NCBI GenBank assembly: GCA_963708025.1
Contig: CAVPSB010000010.1
Span: forward strand, 128,001 to 192,000
Direction: 5' to 3'
From: an uncultured Candidatus Rokubacteria bacterium
GTDB taxonomy: Bacteria; Methylomirabilota; Methylomirabilia; Rokubacteriales; DASRDR01
DNA length: 64,000 bases
Each line of letters begins with the position of its first letter. The stretch's first letter is position 1. The translations under genes were made by a program, and so were the position numbers. The notes under the pieces were generated by a model, which saw nothing but the letters and a program-made list of their open reading frames with translations, did no database searches and was not told the origin of the DNA. Of this stretch, positions 8,231-17,988 are shown piece by piece.

Positions 8231-10723
8231 GTGGGCCTGGAAGGACGCGACGCGTATCCGTTCGAGGAGATCGACGCCCGGTGGCAGCGCCGGTGGGAAG
8301 AGACCGGCCTGTTCCGGGTGCGGGAGGCGGCCGGCAAGCCCAAGTACTACTGCCTGGAGATGTTCCCGTACCCCTCCGGCCGCATCCACATGGGCCACGT
8401 CCGCAACTACGCCATCGGCGACGCGGTGAGCCGCTACAAGCGGATGCGCGGGTACAACGTGCTCTACCCGATGGGCTGGGACGCCTTCGGCCTCCCGGCC
8501 GAGAACGCCGCCATCGACCACGGCGTCCACCCGGCCGTCTGGACCCACGAGAACATCGAGGCCATGAAGGCTCAGATGAAGAAGCTCGGGATCTCGTACG
8601 ACTGGGAGCGCGAGGTCACCACCTGCGAGCCCGATTACTACCGCTGGGAGCAGCTCGTCTTCATCCGGATGTTCGAGCGGGGTCTGGCCTACCGGAAGGC
8701 GGCGACGGTGAACTGGTGCCCTTCCTGCCAGACGGTCCTGGCCAACGAGCAGGTCGAGGCGGGGCGCTGCTGGCGGTGCGATTCCGAGGTCAGCCCCCGG
8801 CAGATCGAGGGGTGGTACTTCAAGATCACCGCGTACGCCGAGGAGCTGCTCGAGTGGTGTGACCGCCTCGTCGGCTGGCCGGAGCGCGTCCTCACCATGC
8901 AGCGGAACTGGATCGGCCGGAGCGAGGGGGCCGAGTTCGACCTGCCGGTGGTCGGCTCCGACCTGCGCATCCGGGTCTTCACGACCCGCCCCGACACGTC
9001 CTTCGGGATGACCTATGCGGTCCTGGCACCGGAGCACCCCCTGGTGGACCGGCTCGTCACCGACGAGACGGAGCGGCGTGCCGTCGCCGCGTTCCGGGCG
9101 GAGGTGGCCCGGGAGAGCGAGATCGAGCGGCTGGCGGCGGATCGCCCGAAGCGCGGCTTCCGCCTGACGGCTCGGGCGGTGAACCCGTTCAGCGGCGCCG
9201 AGATCCCGCTGTTCCTGGCCGACTACGTCCTCATGGGCTACGGGACCGGGGCGATCATGGCGGTCCCCGGCGAAGATCAGCGGGACTGGGACTTCGCGAA
9301 GGCCCACGGCCTCCCGATCATCGAGACGGTGCGGCGCCCGGCCGGCTGGACCGGGGAGGCCTACACGGGCGACGGGGTGAAGATCAACTCGGGCTTCCTC
9401 GACGGCCTGCCCGTCGCCGAGGCCAAGCGGAAGGCGATCGACTGGCTGGTCCAGCAGGGGATCGGGGAGGCCAAGATCAACTACCGCCTCCGGGACTGGG
9501 GCATCAGCCGCCAGCGTTACTGGGGGGCGCCGATCCCCATCGTGTACTGTCCCACCTGCGGGACGGTCCCCGAGAAGCCGGAGAACCTCCCGATCGTCCT
9601 CCCGCAGAACGTCCAGATCACCGGCAAGGGCGGGTCCCCCCTGGCCGACGTCCCGTTGTTCGTGAACGCCCCGTGTCCGCGCTGCGGCGGGCCGGGTCGG
9701 CGCGAGACGGACACGATGGACACGTTCGTCGAGTCCTCGTGGTACTTCCTGCGGTACTGCTCGCCGAAGTTCACCGGGGGAATGGCCGACCCGGCGGCCG
9801 TTCACTACTGGATGCCGGTGGACCAGTACATCGGCGGCATCGAGCACGCGATCCTCCATCTGCTCTACGCGCGCTTCTACACCAAGGTGGTGCGCGATCT
9901 GGGCCTCTTCAAGGTGGACGAGCCCTTCCTGCGGCTCTTCACGCAGGGCATGGTCATCAAGGACGGCGCCAAGATGTCCAAGTCCAAGGGCAACGTGGTG
10001 AGCCCGGACGACTTCATCGCCAACTATGGGGCGGACACGGCGCGCGTCTTCGAGCTCTTCGCCGCACCCCCGGAAAAGGACCTGGAGTGGAGCGACCAGG
10101 GCGTGGAGGGCGCCTTCCGCTTCCTCAACCGCGTGTGGCGCTTCGTCCAGGCGCAGCGGGAGGCCCTCGGCCGGCCGGGCGACCGGCCGGCGGCCGGGCT
10201 GTCCGACGCCGGGCGCGCCTTCCGCCGGGTGATCCACGAGACGATCCAGCGGGTCACCACCGACATCGAGGAGTTCCACTTCAACACGGCGATCAGCGCC
10301 ATCCACGAGCTGGTGAACGCCATGCACGCGTTTGCCGGGGAGTCGCTCGACCGCATGAGTCAGGAAGAGCGGCGATACCTCCTCGGCGAGGCGGTGCAGA
10401 CCCTGCTCCTGCTGCTGGCGCCGTTCGCGCCCCACCTCGTGGAGGAGCTGTGGTCGCAGCTCGGTCACCCGGACAGCATCTTCCGGGAGTCGTGGCCAAC
10501 AGCCGACCCGGCTGCGCTCGAGAAGGAGGCGGTCCTCGTCGTCGTCCAGGTCGACGGCCGGGTCCGCTCGCGGCTGGCGGTGCCGCCCGGCACCGCCGAC
10601 GAGGCGCTGCGGGCCCGGGCGCTCGCCGACGCCAAGGTGCGCCCGTGGCTCGAGACGCGGGACGTCGAGCGGGTGGTCGTGGTCCCGGGGAGGCTGGTGA
10701 ACATCGTGACCAGAGCATCATGA
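8231..10723 (+). CDS. leuS: Leucine--tRNA ligase
   Basis: MFPYPSG.IHMGH, FTTRPDT, GTGAIMAVP, SRQRYWG, KMSKSKGN. Confidence 0.98.
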   Translation: MGLEGRDAYPFEEIDARWQRRWEETGLFRVREAAGKPKYYCLEMFPYPSGRIHMGHVRNYAIGDAVSRYKRMRGYNVLYPMGWDAFGLPAENAAIDHGVHPAVWTHENIEAMKAQMKKLGISYDWEREVTTCEPDYYRWEQLVFIRMFERGLAYRKAATVNWCPSCQTVLANEQVEAGRCWRCDSEVSPRQIEGWYFKITAYAEELLEWCDRLVGWPERVLTMQRNWIGRSEGAEFDLPVVGSDLRIRVFTTRPDTSFGMTYAVLAPEHPLVDRLVTDETERRAVAAFRAEVARESEIERLAADRPKRGFRLTARAVNPFSGAEIPLFLADYVLMGYGTGAIMAVPGEDQRDWDFAKAHGLPIIETVRRPAGWTGEAYTGDGVKINSGFLDGLPVAEAKRKAIDWLVQQGIGEAKINYRLRDWGISRQRYWGAPIPIVYCPTCGTVPEKPENLPIVLPQNVQITGKGGSPLADVPLFVNAPCPRCGGPGRRETDTMDTFVESSWYFLRYCSPKFTGGMADPAAVHYWMPVDQYIGGIEHAILHLLYARFYTKVVRDLGLFKVDEPFLRLFTQGMVIKDGAKMSKSKGNVVSPDDFIANYGADTARVFELFAAPPEKDLEWSDQGVEGAFRFLNRVWRFVQAQREALGRPGDRPAAGLSDAGRAFRRVIHETIQRVTTDIEEFHFNTAISAIHELVNAMHAFAGESLDRMSQEERRYLLGEAVQTLLLLLAPFAPHLVEELWSQLGHPDSIFRESWPTADPAALEKEAVLVVVQVDGRVRSRLAVPPGTADEALRARALADAKVRPWLETRDVERVVVVPGRLVNIVTRAS

Positions 10724-11232
10724 CGTACCGGAGCGGTCTCGCCGTCATCCTCGCCCTGGTGGTCGTGGCCGGCGGCTGCGGCTACTCGCTCCGGCCGAGT
10801 CTCCCGGGCAACATCAAGACGGTTCACATCCCGACCCTCCAGAACCGGACGCAGGAGCCTGGCATCGAGGACTTCGTCACCCAGGCCCTGACCACCGCCC
10901 TGGTGACGAGCGGCGTCGCCCGGATCGCCCAGAACGCCGAGCAGGCGGACGCGATCCTCGGCGGCGCCATCGTCGAGTACACGCTCACCGCGCTCGCCTT
11001 CGACCGGACGGCGAACGTCACCCAGTATCGCCTCCAGATCGGGCTGGCGCTGACGCTCAAGGACCGCCGCAGCGGCGACGTCGTCTGGAAGCAGGACCGG
11101 ATCGGCGACCGGGCCGACTTCCCGGTGGCAGGCCAGGTGAGCACGACCATCGCCCTCGAGCAGGACGCCGTGCGCCGCGCCGCCGTCAACATCAGCCGGG
11201 CCATCATCAGCCTGGCCTTCGAAGGGTTCTGA
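10720..11232 (+). CDS. lptE: LPS assembly lipoprotein LptE family
   Basis: Lipobox-like VAGGCGY followed by KTVHIP..NRT.EPGIE; conserved leuS-lptE-holA order. Confidence 0.82.
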   Translation: MTYRSGLAVILALVVVAGGCGYSLRPSLPGNIKTVHIPTLQNRTQEPGIEDFVTQALTTALVTSGVARIAQNAEQADAILGGAIVEYTLTALAFDRTANVTQYRLQIGLALTLKDRRSGDVVWKQDRIGDRADFPVAGQVSTTIALEQDAVRRAAVNISRAIISLAFEGF

Positions 11233-11238
11233 GACTGG

Positions 11239-11597
11239 GCGCCGTGCCGATAACCTTCGCGACCTTCATCTCGGCCGTGACGCGCTCGGCCTGCGTCGAT
11301 CGGACGGCCTTCGGCCTGGGGGCGTCCGTCCCGGCCTATGGTCGTCCTCGGTTTCGGTCGGGACGCGCTCGGCCTGCGTCGATCGGACGGCCTTCGGCCT
11401 GGGGGCGTCCGTCCCGACCTCTGGGGTCGTCGGCGGGCCTCCCAGAAGGGAGCGACGTCCCGAGGGCCGCAGGTCCGAGGCGTCGCGACCAGATGGCCAA
11501 TCGCGGTATACGCCTCGGCCCGCCTCTTCCCTGCGTCGTTTGGACGGCCTTCGGCCTGCGGGGGCTGCTCGGTTCTCGGCCCGGCGCGGAGTTCTAG
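11239..11597 (+). repeat. Family A element, copy 2 (longest; internal tandem module duplication)
   Basis: gcgccgtgccgataacc...ggttctcggcccggcgc outer stem; near-identical units at 11271-11346 and 11354-11431; ends in CTAG. Confidence 0.9.
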
Positions 11598-11598
11598 G

Positions 11599-12618
11599 CT
11601 GGAGGCTGCTGCTCTCCTCCGCGATCTCGCCGCCGGCCGGATCCCCCGCCTCCTCCTCATCCACGGAGCCGAGCCTCTCCTCGTTGACGAGCTGACCGGC
11701 GAGCTCGCCGCGGCCATCTTCGCCGACCCTGCCGCCGCCGCCTGGAACCGGGAAGTCCTCCACGCCGACACGGTGACGCCGGATGCCCTGGTGACGGCCG
11801 GCCTGGGACTCGCGCTCTTCGGCCAGCGCCGGCTGGTCCTGGTGCGCGGCCTCAACGAGGCGCCGGCGAAGGCGCTCGACCGGATTCGGGACGCGATCGA
11901 GGGCGCGCGGGCCCGGCCCGGCGGCTGGCCGGCGGAGGGCACGACGGTGGCGCTGTTGGCGGTCGGGACGGAGAGGAAGAGCCCAGCCCTCCGTGTGCTG
12001 CCGCCGGCGGATCAGCTGGAGGTGAAGGCCCCGCCGGGTCGGGGGGTGCCGGGCTGGCTGCGGGGCCGGGCGCGCGCGGCCGGCCTCGACCTGGCGCCGG
12101 CCGCGGCCGAGGCGCTCGTCGAGCTGGTGGGAGAGGACCTGAGCCGCCTGGCCGGCGAGTTGGAGAAAGCCGCCGTCTTCGTCGGCTCCGACGGGCGGGT
12201 CACCGTCGAGGTCGTGCGGGCGCTGGCCGGGGAGAGCCGGGTCCGGCGCTACTGGGAGCTGGCTCAGGCGCTGGAGGAGGCGGACCGCGCCAAGGCGCTC
12301 TCTGTGCTGGCCGAGTTACTGGACGCGGGCGAGGAGCCCACGGTGCTGCTCGGACAGATCGTCGGTCACCTGCGCGACGTCTGGCGGGTCAAGTCGGCGC
12401 TCGCCGAGGGCCGGGACCCGCGCGACAGCACCCCGCTGCGACGCGGCCGGCCCGCGTTCGCGCTGGAGCGGGTGATGGCGCGGGAAGAGGCGGTGGCCGG
12501 CGAGGACCTGGCGGCGGGCCTCCGGCGCTGCTTCGACGTCGAGGTCCGGCTGAAGTCGCGCGGCGGGCAGGCCGCGGCCCTGCTCACGGTCCTCGTCGCG
12601 GAGCTGGCCCGGGCCTGA
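11599..12618 (+). CDS. holA: DNA polymerase III delta subunit (start uncertain)
   Basis: LLLIHGAE, LFGQRRLVLV, LVELVGEDL..LAGELEK, D..LKS; position after lptE; only a CTG is available at the expected start. Confidence 0.82.
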   Translation: MEAAALLRDLAAGRIPRLLLIHGAEPLLVDELTGELAAAIFADPAAAAWNREVLHADTVTPDALVTAGLGLALFGQRRLVLVRGLNEAPAKALDRIRDAIEGARARPGGWPAEGTTVALLAVGTERKSPALRVLPPADQLEVKAPPGRGVPGWLRGRARAAGLDLAPAAAEALVELVGEDLSRLAGELEKAAVFVGSDGRVTVEVVRALAGESRVRRYWELAQALEEADRAKALSVLAELLDAGEEPTVLLGQIVGHLRDVWRVKSALAEGRDPRDSTPLRRGRPAFALERVMAREEAVAGEDLAAGLRRCFDVEVRLKSRGGQAAALLTVLVAELARA

Positions 12619-12633
12619 CGATCCTCTGGTCGC

Positions 12634-12915
12634 TCAGGAAGCGGCGGGAGCGGCGGCGAGGGCGTTGAGCTGGCGAGCCAGGCGGGACTTCTTGCGCGCC
12701 GCCGTGTTCTTGTGGACGACCCCCTTGGTGACGGCCTTGTCGAGCAGGCGGATCGCCCGGGCGAGGCTCGTCCGCGCTTCCTCGACAGTCGAGGCCGCGA
12801 TGGCGGCGCGGGTCCCCTTCACGGCGGTCCGGACGGTGGATCGGACCGCGGCGTTGCGGACGCGACGCTTCTCGCTCTGGCGCATTCGCTTGAGAGCCGA
12901 TCGGGTGTTAGCCAT
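12634..12915 (-). CDS. rpsT: 30S ribosomal protein S20
   Basis: MANTRSALKRMRQ, DKAVTKGVVHKNTAARKKSRL; GGAGG RBS. Confidence 0.98.
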   Translation of the reverse strand: MANTRSALKRMRQSEKRRVRNAAVRSTVRTAVKGTRAAIAASTVEEARTSLARAIRLLDKAVTKGVVHKNTAARKKSRLARQLNALAAAPAAS

Positions 12916-12965
12916 CGGATCACCTCCTCCTGATCAGATCGGTCGGTCGGTTGACGCAACCTCGG

Positions 12966-12994
12966 ACTCTATCGTGGGGGCGCCTGGGTGTCAA
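12966..12994 (-). promoter_or_regulatory. Promoter of rpsT
   Basis: Minus strand TTGACA, 17 bp, TAGAGT. Confidence 0.65.
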
Positions 12995-14604
12995 GCGACG
13001 CCGAGCGCCTGACCGAGGCGGTGACCGTCCCGCCGGGGACGGGCGCCCACGGCGGCGTCGTCCGGGCGGCCGCCGTGGTCGGCGCCGCCACCCTGGCCAG
13101 CCGGGTCCTCGGCTTCCTCCGCGATCTGGTGGTGGCCCAGGTCTTCGGGGCCGGTCCCGCCACCGACGCCTTCTTCGTGGCGTTCCGGCTGCCGAACCTC
13201 CTGCGCCGGCTGGTGGGCGAGGGCGCGCTCTCCTCCGCGTTCATCCCGGTCTTCACCGACTACCTCACCACGCGGCCGCGGGCCGAGCTGATCCGCATGT
13301 TCCGCGCGGTCTCCGGCGGCATGGTGGTGATCCTGGCTGGGCTGACCCTCGCCGGCGTCATCGGGGCGCCGCTCCTCGTGCGGGTGATGGCACCGGGATT
13401 CTTCGCCGACCCGACGAGGGGGCTCTTGACCGTCCAGCTGACGCGCCTGATGTTCCCGTATCTCTTCTTCGTGGGGCTGGGTGCCCTGGCCATGGGCATG
13501 CTGAACGCCCACCGGCACTTCGTCACGCCGGCCCTGGCGCCGGTCATGCTGAACCTGGCGATGATCGGCGCCGTCCTCGGCGTCGCGCCGCACCTGCGGG
13601 AGCCGGTGTTCGGGCTCGCGATCGGCGTCCTGGTGGGAGGGGTCGGCCAGCTCGTGATCCAGCTCCCGGCCCTCGCCCGGCGCGGGCTCCTGGTCGCGCC
13701 CACCCTCGATCGCCACCACCCCGCCGTCCGACGGATCGTTCGCCTGATGACGCCGGTCGCGCTCGGGCAGTCGGCCACCCAGCTCAACATCCTGGTTGAC
13801 ACCATCATCGCCTCGTTCCTGGTCGGGGGCAGCGTCTCCTACCTCTACTACGCGGACCGGCTCGTCGAGTTCCCGCTGGGCGTGTTCGGGATCGCCATCG
13901 CGACGGCCGTCCTGCCGACCTTGTCGGAGCAGGCCGCGACGGGAAACCCGGCGGCGCTGCGGGCCACGCAATCGTTCGCGCTGCGGCTGGCCGCCTTCAT
14001 CAGCCTGCCGGCCGCCGTCGGCCTCTTCGTCCTGCGGGAGCCGATGGTCCGGGTGCTCTACCAGCGCGGCGAGTTCGGACCGGTCGAGACCGCCCAGACG
14101 GCGTGGGCGCTCGGCTTCTACGCGCTCGGCCTGGTCGGCTTCGCCAGCGTGAAGATCGGCGCCCAGGCCTTTTACGCGGTTGGGGACACCCGCACCCCGG
14201 TCAAGGTCGCGGTGGGCGCGATGGCGCTCAACAGCGTGCTGGCGGTCTCACTGGCGTTCCCGCTCCGGCACGGCGGGCTCGCGCTCGCCACCGCCTGCTC
14301 GGCCACCGCGAACTCGCTGGCTCTCGCGTGGCTCCTGCGCCGCCGGCTCGGCGCCGCCGGCGCGGCGGCCGTCCCAGGCGCGCGGGCGGCATGGGCCCGG
14401 ATCGTCGGCGCCTCCGGTGCGCTGGCCGTCGCCCTCGAGGTGGCGGCGTGGCTCCGTCCCCCGCCGGTCGGCCGCGCGGCCGAAGTCCTGTGGCTCGCTG
14501 GCATGGTCGGGGGCGGGGCCCTCCTGTACGTGGCCACGCACGCCGCGCTCCGCTCCGACGAGGTCGCGTACGCGCGTCGCGCGCTGCGCCGTCGCCTCGG
14601 TTGA
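12988..14604 (+). CDS. murJ: Lipid II flippase MurJ (start may be GTG 13021)
   Basis: SRVLGFLRD, DAFFVAFRLPNLLRRLVGEGALSSAFIPVF, YYADRLVEFPLGVFG. Confidence 0.96.
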   Translation: MSSDAERLTEAVTVPPGTGAHGGVVRAAAVVGAATLASRVLGFLRDLVVAQVFGAGPATDAFFVAFRLPNLLRRLVGEGALSSAFIPVFTDYLTTRPRAELIRMFRAVSGGMVVILAGLTLAGVIGAPLLVRVMAPGFFADPTRGLLTVQLTRLMFPYLFFVGLGALAMGMLNAHRHFVTPALAPVMLNLAMIGAVLGVAPHLREPVFGLAIGVLVGGVGQLVIQLPALARRGLLVAPTLDRHHPAVRRIVRLMTPVALGQSATQLNILVDTIIASFLVGGSVSYLYYADRLVEFPLGVFGIAIATAVLPTLSEQAATGNPAALRATQSFALRLAAFISLPAAVGLFVLREPMVRVLYQRGEFGPVETAQTAWALGFYALGLVGFASVKIGAQAFYAVGDTRTPVKVAVGAMALNSVLAVSLAFPLRHGGLALATACSATANSLALAWLLRRRLGAAGAAAVPGARAAWARIVGASGALAVALEVAAWLRPPPVGRAAEVLWLAGMVGGGALLYVATHAALRSDEVAYARRALRRRLG

Positions 14605-14675
14605 TCACGCAGTGGCCGCCGGGTTGCTTGCCTTGAGCCGCGAGCGGTTGGTATACTGCGCGGGTAAGGGAACCC

Positions 14676-15125
14676 ATGCGGGCCCTGCTCCAGCGGGTGA
14701 TCGAAGCCTCGGTCGAGGCCGATGATCGGGTGATCGGCAGAATCGACCGGGGGGTGGTCACCCTGCTCGGGGTTGCGGACGGCGACGGACCGTCGGACAG
14801 CCGGTACCTCTCCGAGAAGATCCTCAACCTCCGCATCTTCGACGACGACCACGGCAAGCTGAACCACTCGCTGGTGACGACGGGCGGGGCCTGCCTGCTC
14901 GTCTCGCAGTTCACTCTGCTCGCGAACACGGGTCGCGGCCGCCGGCCAGACTTCCTGGGCGCCGCCCGGCACGAGGTCGCAGAGCCGCTGGTGCGCGACA
15001 TGGCGGTGCGACTGCGCGAGGGCGGGGTGCCGGTGGTGGAGGGCCGATTCGGGGCCCGGATGATCGTGCGCCTCGCGAACGACGGGCCGGTGACGATCTG
15101 GCTCGATTCGCGCGAGCGGGCATGA
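14676..15125 (+). CDS. dtd: D-aminoacyl-tRNA deacylase
   Basis: MRALLQRV, NLRIF, SQFTL, NDGPVT; TG-g-TATACT extended -10 at 14652-14657. Confidence 0.96.
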   Translation: MRALLQRVIEASVEADDRVIGRIDRGVVTLLGVADGDGPSDSRYLSEKILNLRIFDDDHGKLNHSLVTTGGACLLVSQFTLLANTGRGRRPDFLGAARHEVAEPLVRDMAVRLREGGVPVVEGRFGARMIVRLANDGPVTIWLDSRERA

Positions 15126-16024
15126 GGGGACATGCCCCGGCACCGGACCTCGTGGACGAGTTTCTCCAGAGTCTCCGGGTGGAGGACGGCGCCTCACCCC
15201 TGACCGTGAGCGCGTACCGGCGCGATCTCCGCCGGCTCGCCGCCTTCCTCGTCGCCCGCCACCGCGCCCTCGAGACGGCGGGTCCCGCCGACCTGGTGGC
15301 GCACCTGGGCGCGCTTCACGCCCGCGGGCTCGGGCCGCGCACCCGCGCCCGCCAGATCGCCGCCATCCGCGGCCTCTACCGCTTCGCCCGCGCCGCCGGC
15401 CGCATTGCCGACGATCCGGCCGCCCTGCTCGAGAGCCCGCGGCTGCCGCGCCGGCTCCCCCGCGCCCTCTCGCGGGCCGACGCCCAGGCGCTGGTCGAGG
15501 CCCCCGGGGGTGACGGTCCCCGCAGCCTGCGTGACCGCGCCATCCTGGAATTGCTGTACGGATCCGGGCTCCGGGCGTCCGAGATCGTCGGGCTGCGGCC
15601 CGGCGACCTCGACCTCCACGGGCAGTTCCTCGTCTGCCACGGCAAGGGCTCCCGCCAGCGGCTGGTGCCCGTCGGCGGCGAGGCGCGCAAGGCGCTGCGC
15701 GCGTATCTCGACCACGCGCGGCCGGTCCTCGTCCGCCGGCGGGAGCCCGACACGCTCTTCGTCAACCATCGGGGCCGGCCGCTGTCCCGGCAGGGGCTGT
15801 GGGGCCTCGTCCGCCGCTACGCCGGTCGCCTGGGGCTGCCCCGGGCGTTTCCGCACGCCCTGCGGCACTCCTTCGCGAGCCACCTGCTCGAGGGCGGCGC
15901 CGACCTGCGCTCCGTGCAGGCGCTGCTCGGCCACGCCGACATCGGGACGACCGAGGTATACACGCACCTGCCAACGGACGCGGTCCGGCGGATGTATCGC
16001 CGGTTTCACCCGAGGGCGGAGTAG
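15122..16024 (+). CDS. xerD: Tyrosine recombinase XerD
   Basis: RDRAILELLYGSGLRASE, HALRHSFASHLLEGGADLRSVQALLGHADIGTTEVYTH, C-terminal HPRA. Confidence 0.85.
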   Translation: MRGHAPAPDLVDEFLQSLRVEDGASPLTVSAYRRDLRRLAAFLVARHRALETAGPADLVAHLGALHARGLGPRTRARQIAAIRGLYRFARAAGRIADDPAALLESPRLPRRLPRALSRADAQALVEAPGGDGPRSLRDRAILELLYGSGLRASEIVGLRPGDLDLHGQFLVCHGKGSRQRLVPVGGEARKALRAYLDHARPVLVRRREPDTLFVNHRGRPLSRQGLWGLVRRYAGRLGLPRAFPHALRHSFASHLLEGGADLRSVQALLGHADIGTTEVYTHLPTDAVRRMYRRFHPRAE

Positions 16025-16252
16025 TGCCGTGCCGATAACCGTCGCATCCCGTCGTCCTCGGTCGTCGCCCATCCTCGGCGTATGCGGCATACGCCTGCGG
16101 TGGGCGACTCCCTGCGTCCTGGGGCTGCTCGGTTCTCGGCCCGCCTTGTGGCACTGTGACCCGAGCGATGCGGTCCGGCGGATGTATCGCCGGTTCCACC
16201 CACGGGCCGAGTGATGCGGATGTGCCGGCGGATCCACCCGAGGGCGACCTGA
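15977..16252 (+). repeat. Three copies of the xerD 3' end (15977-16024, 16167-16214, 16217-16252)
   Basis: Copies 1 and 2 both encode DAVRRMYRRFHPRAE*; copy 3 encodes RMCRRIHPRAT*. Confidence 0.92.
16023..16155 (+). repeat. Family A element, copy 3
   Basis: agtgcc...ggcact ends, gccgataaccg/cggttctcggc stem, gtcgtcctc...ggcgtatgcggcatacgcc...tgcgtcct core. Confidence 0.9.
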
Positions 16253-17988
16253 TGGTCGTGCGCCGCGCGACGTACCCCCAGGTGGAGCCGCGGGCGGGGG
16301 ACCTGATGACGCCGGCGGTGGCGGTGGCGCCGCGGAGGCTGACCCTGGCGGCGGCCGCCGTGCTCGCCCGCCGCCGCCGCGCGCGCTTCGTGGTCGCGCG
16401 GCTCGGATCCGGGTGGGGCGCGGTGACACGCCAGGTCCTCGAGCGCGCGCTGGCACTCGACCGGCGGCTCGGCCGGGCTCCGCTCGACCTGGTCCTCTGG
16501 GGCGCGCCCGTGGTTTCGGCCGCGACTCCCGAGGTGACGGTGCGCCGGGAGCTGGGACCGGCCACGCCGTTCGTGGTGGTATTCGGCGGCGGCGGGACGC
16601 CGCTGGGGGTAGTGTCGGGGGACATGGGGGCGCGACGGGCCCTCCCGCGCTCGGCGGTCGAGGCCCTGGGCCGGCTCGACCCGGGGACCCTCGAGCTCCT
16701 GCGAGCCGCCGGCCGGCTCGGGCCGGAGTCCGGCCAGCCGGTCGCCGCCGTCGGCGGGATCGTCCGCGACCTGCTGCTGGGACGCCTGACCGCGCCGCCC
16801 CGCGACCTCGACGTGGCCGTCGAGGGGGATGGGCGCCTCCTGGCCCGGCAGCTGGCCCGGGCCCTCGGCGGCCGAGTGCGGCAGCACGACGCCTTCCTGA
16901 CCGCGACGGTGACGCTCGCCGACGGGCGGAGGGTGGACGTCGTGACCGCGCGGCGGGAAGGGTACCGGCGACCGGGCGCGCTCCCCATCGTGGAGCCCGC
17001 CACGCTGGAGGAGGATTTGGGGCGCCGCGACTTCTCCATCAATGCCCTCGCGGTCCGCCTCGATGGCGACGCCTGGGGGCAGGTCCTGGATCCAGTGGGC
17101 GGGCTGGCGGACCTCGCGGCGCGGCGCCTCCGTGTGCTCCACCCGCTCTCGTTCGTGGAGGACCCGACCCGGATCTTCCGGGCGGCGCGCTTCGCGGCAC
17201 GACTCGGGTTCCGCCTGGAGACGGCGACCCGGCGGCTGCTGGTGGGGGCGGCGCCGCTCCCCGTGTACGAGGCGCTCTCCGGCGATCGGCTGATGGCCGA
17301 ACTGGACGCCATCCTCGACGAGCCGGCCCCGGCCGCCGTGCTGGCGGCGCTGAGCCGGCTGGGCGCCTTCCGGCTCGTCTTGCCCGGCTACCGGCGCTCG
17401 CCCGGGGCCGACACCGCCCTGGCCCGGGCGGCCGAGGCCGCGCGGGCCGCGCCATTGCCCCGCGACGTCGAAGCCGCGCTCGTCCTGCTCGCGCTGGGAG
17501 CCCACCTGCGGGGGGAGGCGGCCGAGGCCTGGGTCGCGCGCTGGGGCGTCCCCGCGCCGATGCGGGCGGCGATCGCCCGGGCTCGGGAGGAGGCGCCGGC
17601 GCTGGGGCGCCGGCTCGCCCGGGCCGCCGACGCGGGGGAGGCGTACGCGGTCCTGCGCGGCGTGCCGGTGCTGACCGCCGCGTGGGCCCATGCACGGGCC
17701 CGCGAGGCCCGCGGCCGCCGGCACGTCCTCGACTATCTCGGGGCGTGGCGCGCCCTGCCGTCGCTCCTGAACGGCGAGGACCTGAAGGCCCTCGGGCTGG
17801 CGCCTGGTCCGCTCTTCGGCCGGCTGCTGGCGGGTGTCCGGATGGCCCAGGTCACCGGGCGCGTGCGCACCCAGGCCGAGGCCGCGGCCTGGGTGCGGCG
17901 GACCCTGGTCGGGGCGAGCGGGGCGGGGACGGGCGGCGCGACTAACGGATCGAGTCCGGATCCGAAAGGAGGAGGCGTGTGGCGATGA
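16252..17988 (+). CDS. CCA-adding/poly(A) polymerase family nucleotidyltransferase with a degenerate CBS-like N-terminus
   Basis: [51 protein letters not shown] overlaps TGA of xerD-tail copy 3. Confidence 0.88.
   Translation: MVVRRATYPQVEPRAGDLMTPAVAVAPRRLTLAAAAVLARRRRARFVVARLGSGWGAVTRQVLERALALDRRLGRAPLDLVLWGAPVVSAATPEVTVRRELGPATPFVVVFGGGGTPLGVVSGDMGARRALPRSAVEALGRLDPGTLELLRAAGRLGPESGQPVAAVGGIVRDLLLGRLTAPPRDLDVAVEGDGRLLARQLARALGGRVRQHDAFLTATVTLADGRRVDVVTARREGYRRPGALPIVEPATLEEDLGRRDFSINALAVRLDGDAWGQVLDPVGGLADLAARRLRVLHPLSFVEDPTRIFRAARFAARLGFRLETATRRLLVGAAPLPVYEALSGDRLMAELDAILDEPAPAAVLAALSRLGAFRLVLPGYRRSPGADTALARAAEAARAAPLPRDVEAALVLLALGAHLRGEAAEAWVARWGVPAPMRAAIARAREEAPALGRRLARAADAGEAYAVLRGVPVLTAAWAHARAREARGRRHVLDYLGAWRALPSLLNGEDLKALGLAPGPLFGRLLAGVRMAQVTGRVRTQAEAAAWVRRTLVGASGAGTGGATNGSSPDPKGGGVWR

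Noticed and set aside
11243-11270. gtgccgataa at the left end of copies 2 and 3 resembling an XerC-binding arm
   Set aside because: No XerD arm at 6-bp spacing, and other copies have gccgatgag or ggcgacacc at this position, so the match is probably chance
11271-11431. Tandem repeats as a possible CRISPR array
   Set aside because: Only two units of about 76 bp with no unique spacers and no cas genes; they are modules of the family A element
15122-16024. Tyrosine recombinase as the integrase of a prophage or island
   Set aside because: Housekeeping XerD motifs and core-gene context; no phage or cargo genes nearby
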